Below are positions 1-13,636 of a stretch of 64,000 bases of DNA, piece after piece. This DNA is from Moniliella sp. 'wahieum'. Its lineage: Eukaryota. Where the stretch lies: NCBI GenBank assembly GCA_003971905.1, contig RSEE01000035.1, positions 372,001-436,000 on the forward strand, in the 5' to 3' direction. Each line of letters opens with the position of its first letter. The stretch's first letter is position 1. The notes under the pieces are model-generated. The model saw only the letters and a program-made list of their open reading frames with translations. It did not search any database and was not told where the DNA came from. The position numbers were made by a program, and so were the translations under genes.

Positions 1-488
1 GCTTGAAAGCCAATGTGCCCCACACGTTCCTCCGCTGCATCATTTTTCTCCCTGTCGCTACATTCTTGCCTCGCTTAGGAACTGTTGAACGTTGAACACG
101 GGTTAGTGTTTTGAAACGGACTTCCAGCTGTTCCTTCTTTCCTACAATCAATACTACAGACTTTCCCTCGGTCACGTCACGAGATTGGGCAAACAACATC
201 ATCGGAAGATCGAGCCAAGTAGACAACAGCCACAGGGTGATGGCGTACACAGCTCGTACACAGGACTGCAGGGCAAAAGCGTGCTGAGCGCTGAAGGGAG
301 ACAGAGAGACCGGCCCACCGCTGTAGCGGACGCACACGAGAAAGAGAAAGCGAAACGAAACGAAACTTAGTAGAGACAGGAAGGACAAGAAAATGAGCTA
401 ACGTCAAGAGAGAAGAGGCGGGGCAGAAACAGAAAACGGAGGGCCGATCGGACACCACCCGCGGACGATAGACACTGCTGGCAGCACG

Positions 489-1975
489 TTACTGAGCCGA
501 GACGAGAGGCTTAGTATCAACCATCGGCACTGCCTTTTTCTTCTTGGACTTGAGCGGAGAGAGGGTGTGTGAGCAGCCTTGCTCTCAGGCTCTTCCGCCT
601 TTATGTCAAAAGAGATGCCGGGGGGCAAGCCTCTCGCTTGCAGCTGCTGAATCGTCGGATTGGTCGCTGCCATCTGGGCTGCAACGGACAGGCCAGCCTC
701 GTAGGCTTTGGTCGCAGCGGCGGCCGGGTTTAGGCCTTGGGACATGGCTTCATCATAGGTCTTGCGAGCCTCGTCATACCGCGCCTTGTCCTGCTCGGCC
801 TTCATAATGAAGGGCTTCTTTTCCTCCTCGGGAAGTTCGCGCCATTTGAGCGCGGCAAGAACACTCTGCTTGGTCATTTCTTCAGCTTCACCAAAGACTG
901 ACTTCTTCATCTCAGGAGATGCGCGGATGGCACGCAAAACAAAAAGTATGCGGACATAGGCTTCTTGGGAGCGTGGGGGTCCTTGAGATTCGACTTGCGA
1001 CTCTTGCCTGCCTTCCGTTGCTGCGTACGGTACGCGTTCTCCAGCTTAATGTCTTCCGGTGAAAGAGACTCCTTCCAACTGATCATGTCCTTCTCCCATT
1101 GGGCCTTGAGACGCAAGCTCTCCTGTTGATACTTGGCCTTTTTCGAAGCAGGCAACGCATTGTACTTTTCCCCAGCGGCCTTGGAGGCGTGCGCCACATT
1201 CATTCGCTCTCCAGGGTTGGCTTGACGAAGTGTGGCTAGCTCTTCGTTGAAGAAAAGCTGCCACGCCGAGGGGGCCTGTTTCGGCTGCTTAAGACGTGCA
1301 CGGAGAATCTTCTTGGGGGCCTCGGCAATCTTCTGTGAGGAGAAAAATAAAGGTTAGAATTTTCGACGTGGACCAAAGCGAATGGGACAGAGAAAACGAA
1401 AACGAAAACGAAGGGGTGCGCACCTCGGCTTTGGGTTTGGCCGCCTTGTTCACGGCGTGGGAAGCAGCGGAGACCATGTCGGTATAGGCGGCAGGGTTGT
1501 TCTGGGCACCCTGCGCGTTGTTGGCGAAGTAATGGGACTGGTAGGGCATGTAGTGCTGCATATTATTGGCCGCAGCGGCAGCCTGAGCGGCCCCAGCTGT
1601 GTTCTCGCCTTGAGCCGAATGGGCTTCGCCTCCCATGATTGCCGGGTTGACCATTGAGGTCTGGAAACCGCCGTAGACATTGGGGTTGTACCCGTAGCCA
1701 TATCCCTGCGGCAGGTTGTAGCCATAGACAGGGTGGTGATCTGTGTGAGAGGGAAGAGGAGAAAAGTGAGGTCAGGGAAGAGTGGAGGCGAGAGGGTTGG
1801 CCTTGACCAGCGCCTCCCCTACGCGTAACGCCAGGGCGGGGGGCGCTGAGTCAAACAGGACGTACTGGCGGAGGCGTACGCGTGCTCGCCACCCTGAGGC
1901 ATCTGGTGGGCCTGGGGGTGGGTGCCAAACTGGCTGGTGCATGTACGCGGCGTGTGCACTGGCCTGGCCTTCCAT
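489..1975 (-). CDS. Multi-HMG-box DNA-binding protein (spliced; apparent 1-nt indels)
   Basis: HMG-box motifs across ORFs 907-1203 and 404-937 (QPKQAPSAWQLFF; KDPHAPKKPMSAYFLF; KWRELPEEEKKPFIMKAEQDKARY). Low-complexity Q/Y/N/A N-terminus. GTACGT and GTGCGC intron donors near 1865 and 1423. Confidence 0.85.
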
Positions 1976-2522
1976 CGCGTCGGCACAGATGGTGGAGAGA
2001 GAACAGACGCGAGCCAGCGGCGCTGGCTCCTTTCGTCCGCCCTACGCGAGGCCCCGACGAGCCACACGTCAGGTCGTCGCGAAAAGCAGCGCCAGAGCGC
2101 CAGTGTACTTTGGGCATGGCATGGGGACAGTGCACCAGTCCAGCTGCCCCTGTCCCGAGCCCCGAAGGGCGCTCCAGTGCCTGCAGCAACACGCAGGGAA
2201 AACTTTCACGTCTCGTGTGGGATGCAGGCGTGCCCACGTGACCTTGACATGTGACATGCCTGACAATGGATGGGTTAGGCAGCCTGGTTGGTGCAGCCTG
2301 GTTCTACGTTCAGCTACAGAGCAGACCAGACATTCCCTTCTTAACCACCGCAGCTGCTCGGCGAATGAAGCTAGTAAGTGAGCAGCACCGAGTCTGACCC
2401 GAAACGTCCATACCCATACCATTGGCCCTCGAGCCTTGAGATGATGTGAGATGCGGCTGGGAGTGTAACGGCACGCATCGTGGCTCTGCGAATACAGATA
2501 CGACACGCGAGGATTGATCAAA

Positions 2523-3340
2523 CTAGGGCCTCTTGGCCACACGTGCCGACCGTCTTCGTGGCGTGGCATCATCCCTAGCTACCATCTCATCCGCCTGTTT
2601 GGCCTTTTTCCTGCTCGGCTCGGCAGTCTCCCGTTCCTTCTCCTCATGAGCTGGCGAGGTGGTCCGCTTGACGGGAGCGGATTTAGCCGCACTCTTGGCG
2701 GCCGAAGTGCCTGGCACAGGCCAATGAGCACTATCAAACCCACCCTTGGCGCCAAGGAGAAGGACTGTCTCGTACGCCGTGGGAGGGACCGGTTGGACGC
2801 TCAGCCGACCAGGTTGGACGAGCGGCATGGCGCATATGGAAGCCAGTTGCTCGTCCGACAAGTAAGCCAGGTCCTCGCGCTGCTCGCGGGTGAGATGTTC
2901 CGGTTGCTTGAGTATCTTGAGCAGCCAGAGCGGGACATAGTGTGCTAGCCGGTCTTGCAGCTGGACGTCGACCATGTACCACCGTGCTGGCTTGGAAGAA
3001 GCAGGGTCGTATCCGTCTGCTGTGTGGTCAGGGTACCCTCCCGAACAATCTTGAGGGTTGCGACGACGCCTGGCAGCTTGGTATTGGAGTAGTACATCAA
3101 TCCCAGTTGTCCCACGCGCATGCGGTCGCGCATAAAGCCGCATGCTTGGGGGTTGCGCACCCCATCCCAGGAGGTAATGCGGTCGGGAAGCGCAGCAAGC
3201 GCCTCGACGCTCAGCGACACATCCTTCCCGTCTTCAAAACGCGGTTCGGGCTCGACTTTGAACAGCCACCTGTCGGTCGTCAGCGCTAGCTCCTTGGCTG
3301 TGGGCGTCATTCGGCGGGGCAGGGTGCGGTGGAGGACCAT
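2523..3340 (-). CDS. EVE-domain protein (Thy28/THYN1-like), one frameshift near 3030
   Basis: WLFKVEPE..SWDGVRNPQA..MRVGQLGLMYYSN.K.PGVV continues in another frame as YPDHTA..YDP.S..RWYMVDV..L.V.PGRLSVQPV, the EVE signature. Confidence 0.9.
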
Positions 3341-4197
3341 GGATCATGTGTGCGATGCTCGCTTCTACCCGTACCCAACCCTTTGTTCGCCCCCGAGTAG
3401 GCCGGAGCTGCCCGAGCCAATCGCCGCGTTTCAACATTTCACGTTCTCCCTAAGCCCGCCGACTAAGCATGCCCTTGCTGCGTCCATATTACTCGCAGAA
3501 CTCGAACACTGATATACGAGAAGCATCTACCTGGGATGTTCTTCTTCGCTCATCCAGCGTCTGCTGGTCAACTATAGCCCGGCCTCACCTAAATCGAAAG
3601 TCAATGGGCATTTCCCTCCGCAGGTTAGGAGGCCCCGATGCCCCGCACCATTCGTTACCAAACCAAATGTAGTGTGCGCGTAACTAATTCGGTTGATGAG
3701 AGACTCGATTGAAGATGCCATGCAGGTATGGAGATGTGGGCACAACGGTCGAAAAAAATATGAGCGCGACGGTGGGAACTTTGGAGATGGTCCAACGTTC
3801 GTATGAAGCTATGAAGCTTAGGGTTAGTTGAAGCTTGAAGAGGCTCTTCAATGTTCTTCCCAGCTGTGGGGCCGGAGCGTAATAGCACCCTCATGTCATC
3901 ATGAAGAACGAACCGTGTTGAGGTTTGAAGGCTATTCAAGCTTAAGCTCTACACCTCTATATCGCTTCTGCCGTCAGTGCTGCCTTGATGTTAGACTTGC
4001 ACGATGATGTCTTAGTATGATGTGTGCTATGGTAGTAAGGCATCGTCGTTTTGTCGTTCTTATACGATTCTGTGCATGTGAAGCTTGAAAGTTACTTCTG
4101 TGTCCGATCACATTAAAACGGCCGTGACACATCTCCGCATCCATAGTGGAGCAAAAAGAAAAGCGATGGAAATGCAACAGTAAACACCCCTTTACAC

Positions 4198-5650
4198 CTA
4201 GATGATGAAAGTGAGCGACATGTCGATGGGGTGGCTGGCCGACAACTATCAAAGAGAGTCCAGGTCAGCAGGGTAGTAAGAAACAGACAAAAGATAAAAA
4301 CGTACCTGGGGCTTTTGCGAGTATTTGGCCACGAGCTCGTCGCGTACAGCATTGAGCAGCTGGTTGTAGGTCAAGCGGGGATACTTGTTCATCACCGTAA
4401 TAAACGCCCAAGAGCAAGCACCGGTAGCCTTGTTAGCTTCAATTGCGTCTGCGGACGTCTGCGAATCCTTGCATCCCGATAGCATCACCACATCTGCCCC
4501 TGAGGAGCGAGTAAGCTTGGTCTTATTCTTGGCCACAGAAGTTCTCCTGGCTGCTACGGCGGTGCTGAACAAGCCCGTGACCACACCGATCAAATCACCT
4601 TGAACATAGTCTGCCGCAGCCACAAGCATGCCCTTACCGATTCCGGTCCAGATTTTGGCCTCCTTGACCTTGCCACTAGTTGCGTAGACGTATGGCAAAT
4701 CAAGTACCGTACCCGAATGGCACGAGTCGAACAGGGCGGTCAAGCGACAGCCAACGGGGAGGGGACGGACCATGATCGCATGCAGCTCATCATCTTCCAT
4801 TTGGCCCGTGATCCGAAAGTCGACCGGAATGATCGTCTCGTTCAGGCCGTCAGTCTCGTCCCCTTGACGAGCCTGTACCTGGCCACCGTGGCCAGAGTAC
4901 TGGAAAAAGAGCGCGTCGCCCGGGCTGGCCCCGGCCACAAGCCAGTGCATGGCGGCGGTCATGTTGGCACGGGTGGGATGGCTCCGCGGGTTGGGGTCAC
5001 GGTCAGTCAGGATGACCATGTCCTCTGGCCTGTAATTGCACCGGGTAATCAAAAAGTTGCGGACATTGTCCACATCGTTCCAGCAGCCTCGTAGCGCAGC
5101 ATTAGAACCAACATAGTTGATGCCAATCAGCAACGCCTTGCGCTTGCCCGTCATGGTTGAGTACTCGTAGTGCATCCCGTTTTCCATGACCTGACCAGTG
5201 GGGCGAACGTAACGGACTGGCATATTCTGATACGCTGGGGGACCAATCGGGCCTTGGGGAGCAACTCCCCACCCCACAGTAAGCGGAGGACCGGAGGGGG
5301 TAGAGCAGCAGGCAGCCCCGACGGCTGAGGCGGAGGCGGAGGCTGGGGGGGAAAGCCCCCTCCCTGGTGGTACCCAGGCCCCGGAGGGGGGCCAGGCATG
5401 GGCGGATACCCTCCCCCGGGAGGACCGTACCCTTGCGGGGGGGGAGGAGGAGGGCCAGCCTGATGGGCAAAGCCACCTCCCATGTTGTATTGTAGTTGTA
5501 GTTGTCAGGGAAGCCGCCACCATTGCCCTGGGGGAAAGGAGGAGGGCCAGGCTGCGGGGCCCAACTGAGAGGGCAGAGGAAAGTATGGAGGAGTCAGCCT
5601 GCCGCACGGAGGCGGAAGAGGGTCGAATATAAGAAGCACGTACCTGCCAT
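4198..5650 (-). CDS. MCA1: Type I metacaspase with Pro/Gly/Tyr-rich prodomain
   Basis: KRKALLIGINY, LRGCWNDV, FQYSGHGGQ (catalytic His), FDSCHSGT (catalytic Cys), SGCKDSQTSAD. Last intron 4246-4305 gives C-terminus LSASHPIDMSLTFII*. Start codon tentative. Confidence 0.95.
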
Positions 5651-6951
5651 GAGGATTGTGGCCGAGAAGGACATTCGGGCGTGAGAAGGAAGGAAACGAC
5701 GGAAGAGAAGGGTGGATGTAGTGAGGTAGACTAGGAGGAGGAGGTGGAGGGAGGAGAAGAATGGTTGGGGGGCAGAGGGAGGAGACGAAGTCTTCAGGAG
5801 GTTGAGCAATTATTTGGGCCTGGACATTATGGAGGGCTAGCACATTGAGGACAGGAACAGGCGAACAACCCCATCGATCCTCTTCTCTGGTGGTGTGGCC
5901 ACATAGTACAGGCATACTCGGCTAGGATGTGACTGTGACGCTGCGGAGACTGCCGTAGCATCGATAGCAATGGCATGCTGTCCTGTGGCGCCGCAGCCAG
6001 GCACAGCACCTCGCCACTCTGTCCCACGGTACCGCATCCCGGTCTCCTCTGTCCGCGCAACGCACGGAGTACCAGACCGAGTACTGCGTATACTGACTGG
6101 TACGGAAGCCCTGGTGGGATGGATGATTCCGATGAGTGCTGTTCGATATCGATATAGCTGATGGATGATGTGTGGCGTGTGACGCGTGAATGTGGGGTTG
6201 GATCCAGCATGGGGCCGGGCTGCTGCATGCGCTGCACCCGGACTAACCCTGGGCCAGAGTGGTGGCCAGCCGATGGAGAACCCAACGTACGTACACCGCA
6301 CTCATTATGCTGCTTTTGTTGCTATGCGCCAAGTGCGAAGCACTACGTACGAAGTGCTCTCTGCCCCCCTCGGCCCGGCTGCCCTTCAGGCACACCCAGC
6401 CGGCTCGAAGCTTGAAAGCGCTTGGCTTGGCGCTCTGCACATCCTTTTGCATAGCTTGGGTCGTGGGATGCCGCGAGTGCGAGGAGGCCTCTGTCCAGTT
6501 CGTCACGCCTATGTACATCCAAGCCGGCTGCGGCGCCTGTGCTGGGCGGGTGCAGGTCCTTAGTGCCTCCCCCTGCCTCCCCTGGACCCCTGAGATCTGT
6601 GATCGATGATCGATGATCTGAGATTGGATACTGGGCGATTGCCCATGGCGCCCATGTCACATGTCACTTGAAAGGAGAATTGCAATGTTCAACGTTCCAC
6701 TCATGTTCGAGTTTCACATCATGCACCAGTGCTTCTATGTACTCAGTACTCCCCAGTGCGCGTGCTCCGCCTAAAAAGCGAACCAGGGCGCATAATGCCG
6801 TGCGTACCGGTCCCATGGGAGTCCCACATCCCATGTCCCGTGTCACATGTCCCAAGCCATATCGCGAGTACCTGGTCTCGGACCTCAGTCGTTCCAATGC
6901 ACCATGCACCGACGGGCGCGCACAACAGGGCACAACCCCCTCTTTTCTGTC

Positions 6952-7081
6952 GGGAGCCATTCGCTCCAGCTGCTCAAGCAAGCCATTCGCTTCAGCTGCT
7001 CGAGGGAGCCATTCGCCTCAGCTGCTCGAGGGAGCCATTCGCCTCAGCTGCTCGAGGGAGCCATTCGCTCCAGCCGCTCAA
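6952..7081. repeat. Minisatellite, 5 x 26 bp (GGGAGCCATTCGCCTCAGCTGCTCGA)
   Basis: Contiguous units start at 6952, 6978, 7004, 7030 and 7056, with no spacers. Confidence 0.95.
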
Positions 7082-10000
7082 CGTTCAACTCCACCATCCA
7101 TCCTGGTCCACTTGGACCACATGGTCCAGGCCATCCGGGACCAATGGGACCCAGCGCGACGGGCTTGGTCCTCCCGCCGCACTGGCAACAGCAGGATCCT
7201 TTTCCTCGGAGGAAAAAGTAGAAGGATACCAGGTCGGCGCGTAGCAACAGGCAGCGGCAAAGCGGCCAGAGGCAAGGATGTGGGCGGCGGGGAGACTTTC
7301 ATCTTGGTGGGTGATAGGTAGGGTGTGGTTGGTAAAGTAGGAGTAGGAGTAGGCGGGCGCGGAGCGAGTGGCGGGGTGGTCTCGGTCTCAACACCTTCCT
7401 CTTTTTCCACGCAAGACTCCGCCTGTGGCCGGACAAGTTGGTGTGGCTCTTGACTGTTTGGCGTACCCCCATCCCCACCGGGTTGACCTTCATCGATGGG
7501 TAGGGTACCATTCGGAATGGGAGGCGCATTCCCGCTTGGTCCGTCCTTTTGTGCATCCGGAACGAGGGCAGGGGAAGAGCGGATGACGATCTGTCGTTGG
7601 AGCAAAGCGATTATGTTCTCACGGTCCTGGACGCGACGCAGCAGCTCCGTCCGTTCACCAAGCGAGCGATTCACCATCCTGTTCTGGGCGGCAAGAGACT
7701 CTTGTTTCTGGAGCATCTTGACTTGGGCTTCTGCCATGCGATCCGTCACGATGCGAATCTGCTTGTGGGATTCCGTTCCTGCACGCTCGGATGCTTGGAC
7801 CAGTTGTGCATACCGGGCCAGCTGCACTTTGTGGTCGTCCCTCTCTTTCCTCAAAGTAGATTGAACAGATTGGATCTCCTCGTTGGCCAATCGGATGCGT
7901 TGCTGCACTCTGTCGTGCTCTTCCATCAGCTGCATCATGCTTGATACCGACTGTTCCTCCGCCGCGGCAACACTTGCAAGCTCCCATCGAAATTGGTCCC
8001 GCTGAGTACGGGCGTGTACAGCACGCAGCCCATCCAAGACAGTCTCCATCGTCGCCTCGTTCCGTTTCTTTTCGGTATGAGCAAGAGCAGCTTGAACCTG
8101 GTTGACTTGGGTCCTCAGGTCATTGATCAAATCATGCTGAGTACGAGACTGGGCTGTAGCTTCGAGTAGCGAGGCACTTTTCTCCCTCACAGATTGGCTG
8201 AGAGAAACGACCTGCTGTTGAAGCACCCCCCGTTCCTCCTGCAGGATCGGTATCACCATCTCGTCTGCCCACGTGGGCCCGCGGAAGGGAAAAGGAACCG
8301 TCCGTCCCAACGCCGGAGCCGTGGCGTGAGGCATAGTGACTTGGCGGTGTTGGGTTTGCAGGAGTTGAGCCAGGACAAGGTGGGAATGCTCTTGTTTCTC
8401 CTTTAACTGTTCAACCAGCTCCAAGGTACGCACCCGAGCTGCATGCCGTTCGAATGAAGCGCCGGTACGGCGTATCAAGTCGACTAAGCTCGCGGTAGCA
8501 GTTGGCTCAGGTTCCGCAACCTCCTGTTCTGAATCAGCCGACGACGATCTGGTTGGTTCGGTCACAGGAAAGCCTCCTGCACAATGGCCCTTGCTCATGT
8601 CTCTCCCTTTTCCTGCCTCGTCAGGAACCCCATACGAGGATGACGGAGGTTCATCCTGGAAGAGAAGAGGCAGCCCACCTTCACTCCATCTCGCCACCTT
8701 GCCCATAAAGTCGTACATGGACGATTCCACATCTCCTCGTACCTCTTCGCAAAAGTCTTCAAACCAGTCCGTAACCATGGGCAAGGCCATTGCGCTAACA
8801 AGGCCGACTTGGGAACTGTGACTCGGACCGAGGGCGCTCTTGATGGCGCCCACCATTCGGTCAATCAGGCCCGCCGAGAGCATATCCAACTGAAGCCTCA
8901 CTTGATCGCTCCCTCGGTGGGAAGGGGAAACGTGGTCCGACGGCAATGAGTTTGCGCCCTTCTCGTCGGGTAAATCAAGGCCATCCTCTTGGTTCGTACT
9001 TCCACTTTTGCGTGGGTCACGTAGGGCGAGAAGAACATCGTGAATATGAGAGCTGGAATGGATGGCGGCCTTGAGCTCATCCACCGCCCCCTTCATCCTG
9101 TCCAACGAAGCAAATAAGGAGGGCCAGGACACAGGGGCGAGTCGGGCCAACGTCCCCTTGACCTGCTCCAGATCCAAATTCAAGCGATGGCTTGCTTCGT
9201 ACAGTGCGATTGCACCTTGGAGACCGTCTGCTGCCGTGCTGGCCATATCGCCCCTCTCCACCGCCGGCAGACCCGCCGTCACCATTTGGGCTGGATTCCT
9301 TTCCGGGACGTTGCTAGCCTCTTTCGAATCACGCCGGGTTCCCCCCCACCCTTGTAGCTAATTCGGTGGACAAAGAGCGTGGGAGGTCCGGGGCGTGCCC
9401 AGTTCCGTGGGGAGAAGGGTGCATAGGCGAAGAAGCATGCAACGAGCGATCAACCGACTCATGTTCCTGAATTGCCTCCCTGTCCTCGGGCACAGGGAAT
9501 GAAGGAACGGCGCTACTGACACTTTGCGGCGAGGACACCATTGCAGGCTTACTGAAGAGACCAATCGAGTCTACCAGATGCGATATCCACGCGTCCACAC
9601 ATTTCTCCACCCTGTCGGTAAATGGATCGAGAGAGCCAGGTGCATCCAGCTGGATCGGTGGCGGTAGCTCGAGCGCCCACGATTGCCCTGCTGCCTTCCT
9701 CGTTCCATCAGGTTGTGGCGGAGGTGAGAAGCGGTCGATGAAGATCCGATCTCCTACCATGAATGGCGAGACTTCTTGGGATGAAGATGTAGCCATATCT
9801 TCGTCAATGGAAGACGCTTGCACCGGCGGACGGGGCGCTGAACCATCGTCACTCTCGTTGCATGGGTCTTGGCGGACGATTCCGAGAGAGGAGGGCTGGA
9901 TCTTCGGATTCGGTTGGGATGGGAGACGAAGGAGATCTATATATAGTACATCATAACCGTGTTAGTGTGTTTGGGGGAGAAGACGAGGGTGAGGATACGT

Positions 10001-10955
10001 GCATACCTTGCGATGGCGAGTGAAACGCGATCGGGATTGGCGTTTGTTCGAAGGCACGACTGGTTAGCAGCGCATCTGTTTCATCCCCATGAGATGTTGG
10101 AGCCAACCCATCCAAAGGATTCTTAGTCTCGCCCCCCGATTCCCCCACCAAGATCTCCGGCGAGGTGAAGGCGGCAGCAGCGACGGGTAGCGTCAGTGTT
10201 CCCTCAGCGTCACTTGGTCGTGTGCGTAACAAAGCTGGGGCGTCAATGCTGCTTTGCGGATGCGCAGATGGCTTAATGGGGTACTTGACTTCCTCCTTGG
10301 TGGACCAAAGGGATGGGGCGGCCGTTAGGATACAAGTAGGATTGATAGTCGTGCAGCTTTGCCGTCCTGATCCCGATCCTGAGCCCTGCACCAAATCCTT
10401 TTCGGGTTCGATGTTGCTCTTGCTCATTTGGCTCGGTAGCGGGCTAGGCACCCCCCCCAACCTGGAACAAGCATGGCCGAGGCACTACATGAAGCAAGGT
10501 AAGTGTGGGTTTCAATGCATAGAGCGCGAGAGTGGTACACACTTCGAATCCGGACCTGGTGGACTAAATGGACTGGCTTTGTCCTGTTGACCAACCACAG
10601 CGGTCGTGTTTCCCGTCAAGTTCACGGGAAGTACTACACCTGGGACCAGAGCAAGGGGGGGAGGGAGAAGCTGATCCGGCGTGTTCGGATGCACATCGTG
10701 CTCCTGGCTCGCAGACTGGGGAGTGCAACCAAGACGAGGTTGAACGATGCTCTGCAATGGTCCCTGCTGTGGGTCGGATACTGCGTTCGGTGAAACATCG
10801 CGGGGGCGATGGTCGTTCCGGAGAGGGAGTAAACTAGGACCGCCATAAGCACGTGGGGTGTAGGGCGCTGTCCCGTTAGTTGGATCCGGTGGATTGCCTT
10901 TCTCCATCAGGAAATTGGGGGTTCCAGAATATGGTGGATCGGTGTTGGCTGCCAT
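7078..10955 (-). CDS. Large hypothetical protein: disordered Ser/Pro-rich N-terminus plus long coiled-coil region (several ORF segments)
   Basis: Consecutive minus-strand ORFs 10512-10955, 9951-10460, 9329-9823 and 7078-9285 (735 aa, heptad-like Q/E/L/R-rich stretch). No recognisable family. Joining them into one gene is inferred. Confidence 0.55.
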
Positions 10956-12191
10956 GTTGGCCGGGGTACAGCAGCGCCCAATGTCCCAATGTGAGTAGGC
11001 GGAGAGCTAGCCCTGCGGAGAGCAGCTCCCTGACCTCCGCTTAGGCAGACCTTTAATCCAACACAATAACCCCTCAGTGTGTACACACCCACACTGAGAC
11101 GGCCGATTGGGATGCGAATGTGACTTGGTACAGAGGAACGAGCCAGTGATTGGTGGAAGCAGAGAGAGAGAGAGGAGGAAGCGCAATGTACTGTGAGATG
11201 GAGCAGACGAGAGGGAAGCCGCGGCACTGCAGGTGGTAGGGGGAAAGGGTAGATGGGGACTGAGTACTGGGGGAGACGAGCTGAACCGACCAAGCAAGCC
11301 CATCGTTTTGCACGATTGCCAGTGTACTAAAGTTTGTATGTTGCAAGCCTCCGATAGACCCCGGAATCCAGATCCCTCTTAGCGCCTAGTTTGCGCGCCC
11401 ACCTGCGCGGCTCACAGCACATGTGGCCTGTGCGTTACACGCGCCCGGTGCTGGACAACATGGTGGCGTAAAGTTGCCCCTGGCGGGGGGGGCGTCTTTT
11501 TATCCAGGAAAGCCACCTAGGGCCTAACGCGCCTCAACGCCTAATAAAGGCGTACAAGGTTTATCGACAACTTGCTGATCGATGAACGAACGATCGATAG
11601 GTGAGTACGAACAACGTTGATGTGGAGATTTTGGTGCTCGACTCACTGAGTGGCTCGGTAGTACTGACTAGTTGGCTCCTTCTTGTCTGCCCACTAGCGC
11701 TCCCAACAACAACGACCAACGAGTCATCAGCTCGCCGATGCTGCCAATTCCATCTTTGGGGTTCCGCCGATTGTATCATAGCATACCAGCCCACACCAAG
11801 GCCTACTGTCAACGTCAGAATCAATGCCTTGCTCATGGCAAGGGCCGTATAGCAAAGAAGCTCATTGAAGCGCCTAGTCACAGGGAGGGAGAGCCACGGT
11901 GAGGAAACAGGACAGAGGGATGAATTCGGATGATCAATGAGATCGCAGTGACGCTTAACCAAAAGCGAATGAGACCAGACGGCGGGATAACAACAAATAC
12001 CACATGAAAGAAGGGACATGCATGGTCACGGAACACGAGGGATGGTGGTGGCAGCGAAAGCGAGGGAGTAGTGCATCTTGATCCGACCAGCATACTGAGG
12101 GCCCAAAGGGGCAGGGCACATGAAAGGGGACAAGTCCGTGGAGGGGTAGTTTATGCGAGGGAAGGAAGGGTTCAAGCGAGGGAGAAATGGT

Positions 12192-13636
12192 TCATGGACG
12201 AGGCTGGGAAGGTTCGATAAGCTGATACGTCGAGCCCAGAGCTGAGGACTCAGCTCCGGTTGAATGCAACGACAAAGTCCGTTCAGACTCTGGCCTGTGG
12301 GGCTCCGAAGTCCTCTCGGGGACGGGCGAGAGCAGCTGGTCAGCCTCATTCCTCTCTACCGGAGTTGGGGGGACAGTAGGTGAAGGTGGGTCGAGATGAA
12401 GACCAGGCCAAGGGTTGGTTGAGCGGGTCATATTGGAGGGGATGGCACGCGTAAACGTCGAAGCACGGGTGTACGAAGGGAGCGCCAAACGCCGACTTTC
12501 ACGCTGACTTTGCTTGTAGGTCGGAAGCGCATCTTGAATCGCTCTCCAGGGGGATACGTGTTCGGCATCATCAAAGGGGGACTCGGAGGCGGTGGGGTGC
12601 ATCCCTCCGGATGTCAAGTTGGTACTTGAATCCAGCGATAAACCACGCCGCCCGCCATCGGGACGAGTCATGTGCCGCATCAGCCCGCGGCTGCTGTTCT
12701 CCCACATCATCGTTGCTCGATCGTGCCAGTCTTCCAGCTGCGTGGCTGGGTCAGCCGCACGCGCAGCTCGGTCCTTGCGCTCTCGTTTTCTTCTCAGGAT
12801 CATCAGGCCCACCAAGGCCCCCACCAAGCCAATCGTAAGCACGAGGGGGATGGTGATACCCAAAATGGTGCCCAAGTTGCGATGATGATGTTTAGGCCGT
12901 TGTGGCGAGTTGGCCACGTCGCCCGCATCAAGACAACTCGACACATTCTGGCCCAAGTGAACGTGGGTCAAACCTACCCAACTAGCCCAATTGGGGGAGC
13001 TCACATCGCCCCCACCCACTGCCACTTCAACCCGGAGCTCGGTCCCAGCAGGGAAATCGACCTCGGTCCAGTTCCAGAGCGTGACAGGCGGAGGGATGGT
13101 CACGTCGAGACGCTCGAGAATGTTATGGTAGTCGACCACTGTAATGGATACCGCCTGGTCCTGGGCAGCGGTGATGTTGATGATGGCAGGGAGGCATTGG
13201 GTGAGGCCGTGGTCTGGCAACGTCGCATTCAGCAAGCCGGGACCAATCTTGGCGCTGATGATGGGTGCCTGCGCTGACTGAGACTTGGAGGGGGTGCGGG
13301 AGGGGGACCGGCTGGAGCCGGGGTAGGAGGAAGGGATGGGATTGGGCGCGATCGTTGGAAGTGGAATCGTGCTGGGGGGACAGTGGTGGCATTGGTGGCG
13401 CCAGAGGCAGTGCGATGGGCCGATTGTGTTCGCCTGCCGCCGGTGGACGAATGTGTGGGGTGGAAGCGGGTGGAGCGGGGGCCGTAGAAGGAGGGGTCGT
13501 CGTCCGTTGAGGCGGACGAGGAAGGAGACGTAGCAGTCGAATTGGACGACACCCTGTCGAGGGCCAGACGGGCGACCGGGAGGAGACTGGGCAGCAGGGG
13601 ACGAGGGAATGGTGTGTGTGGAGGGTTGCTGGCCAT
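12192..13636 (-). CDS. Single-pass membrane protein: S/T/P-rich plus beta-rich ectodomain, TM helix, cytosolic tail with LPxY motifs
   Basis: TM segment LGTILGITIPLVLTIGLVGALVGLMIL followed by RRKRERK; tail contains LPTY and LPSY. Start probably 13636 with a frameshift near 13375. Confidence 0.7.

Noticed and set aside
489..1975. Mating-type HMG locus
   Set aside because: The boxes look like HMGB/Nhp6-type tandem boxes, and no pheromone, receptor or homeodomain genes lie nearby.
6952..7081. CRISPR-like array
   Set aside because: Units are contiguous with no unique spacers, there are no cas genes, and the context is eukaryotic.
11561..12019. 152-aa ORF with a hydrophobic stretch
   Set aside because: No family motif; lies just downstream of the membrane-protein gene; insufficient support.
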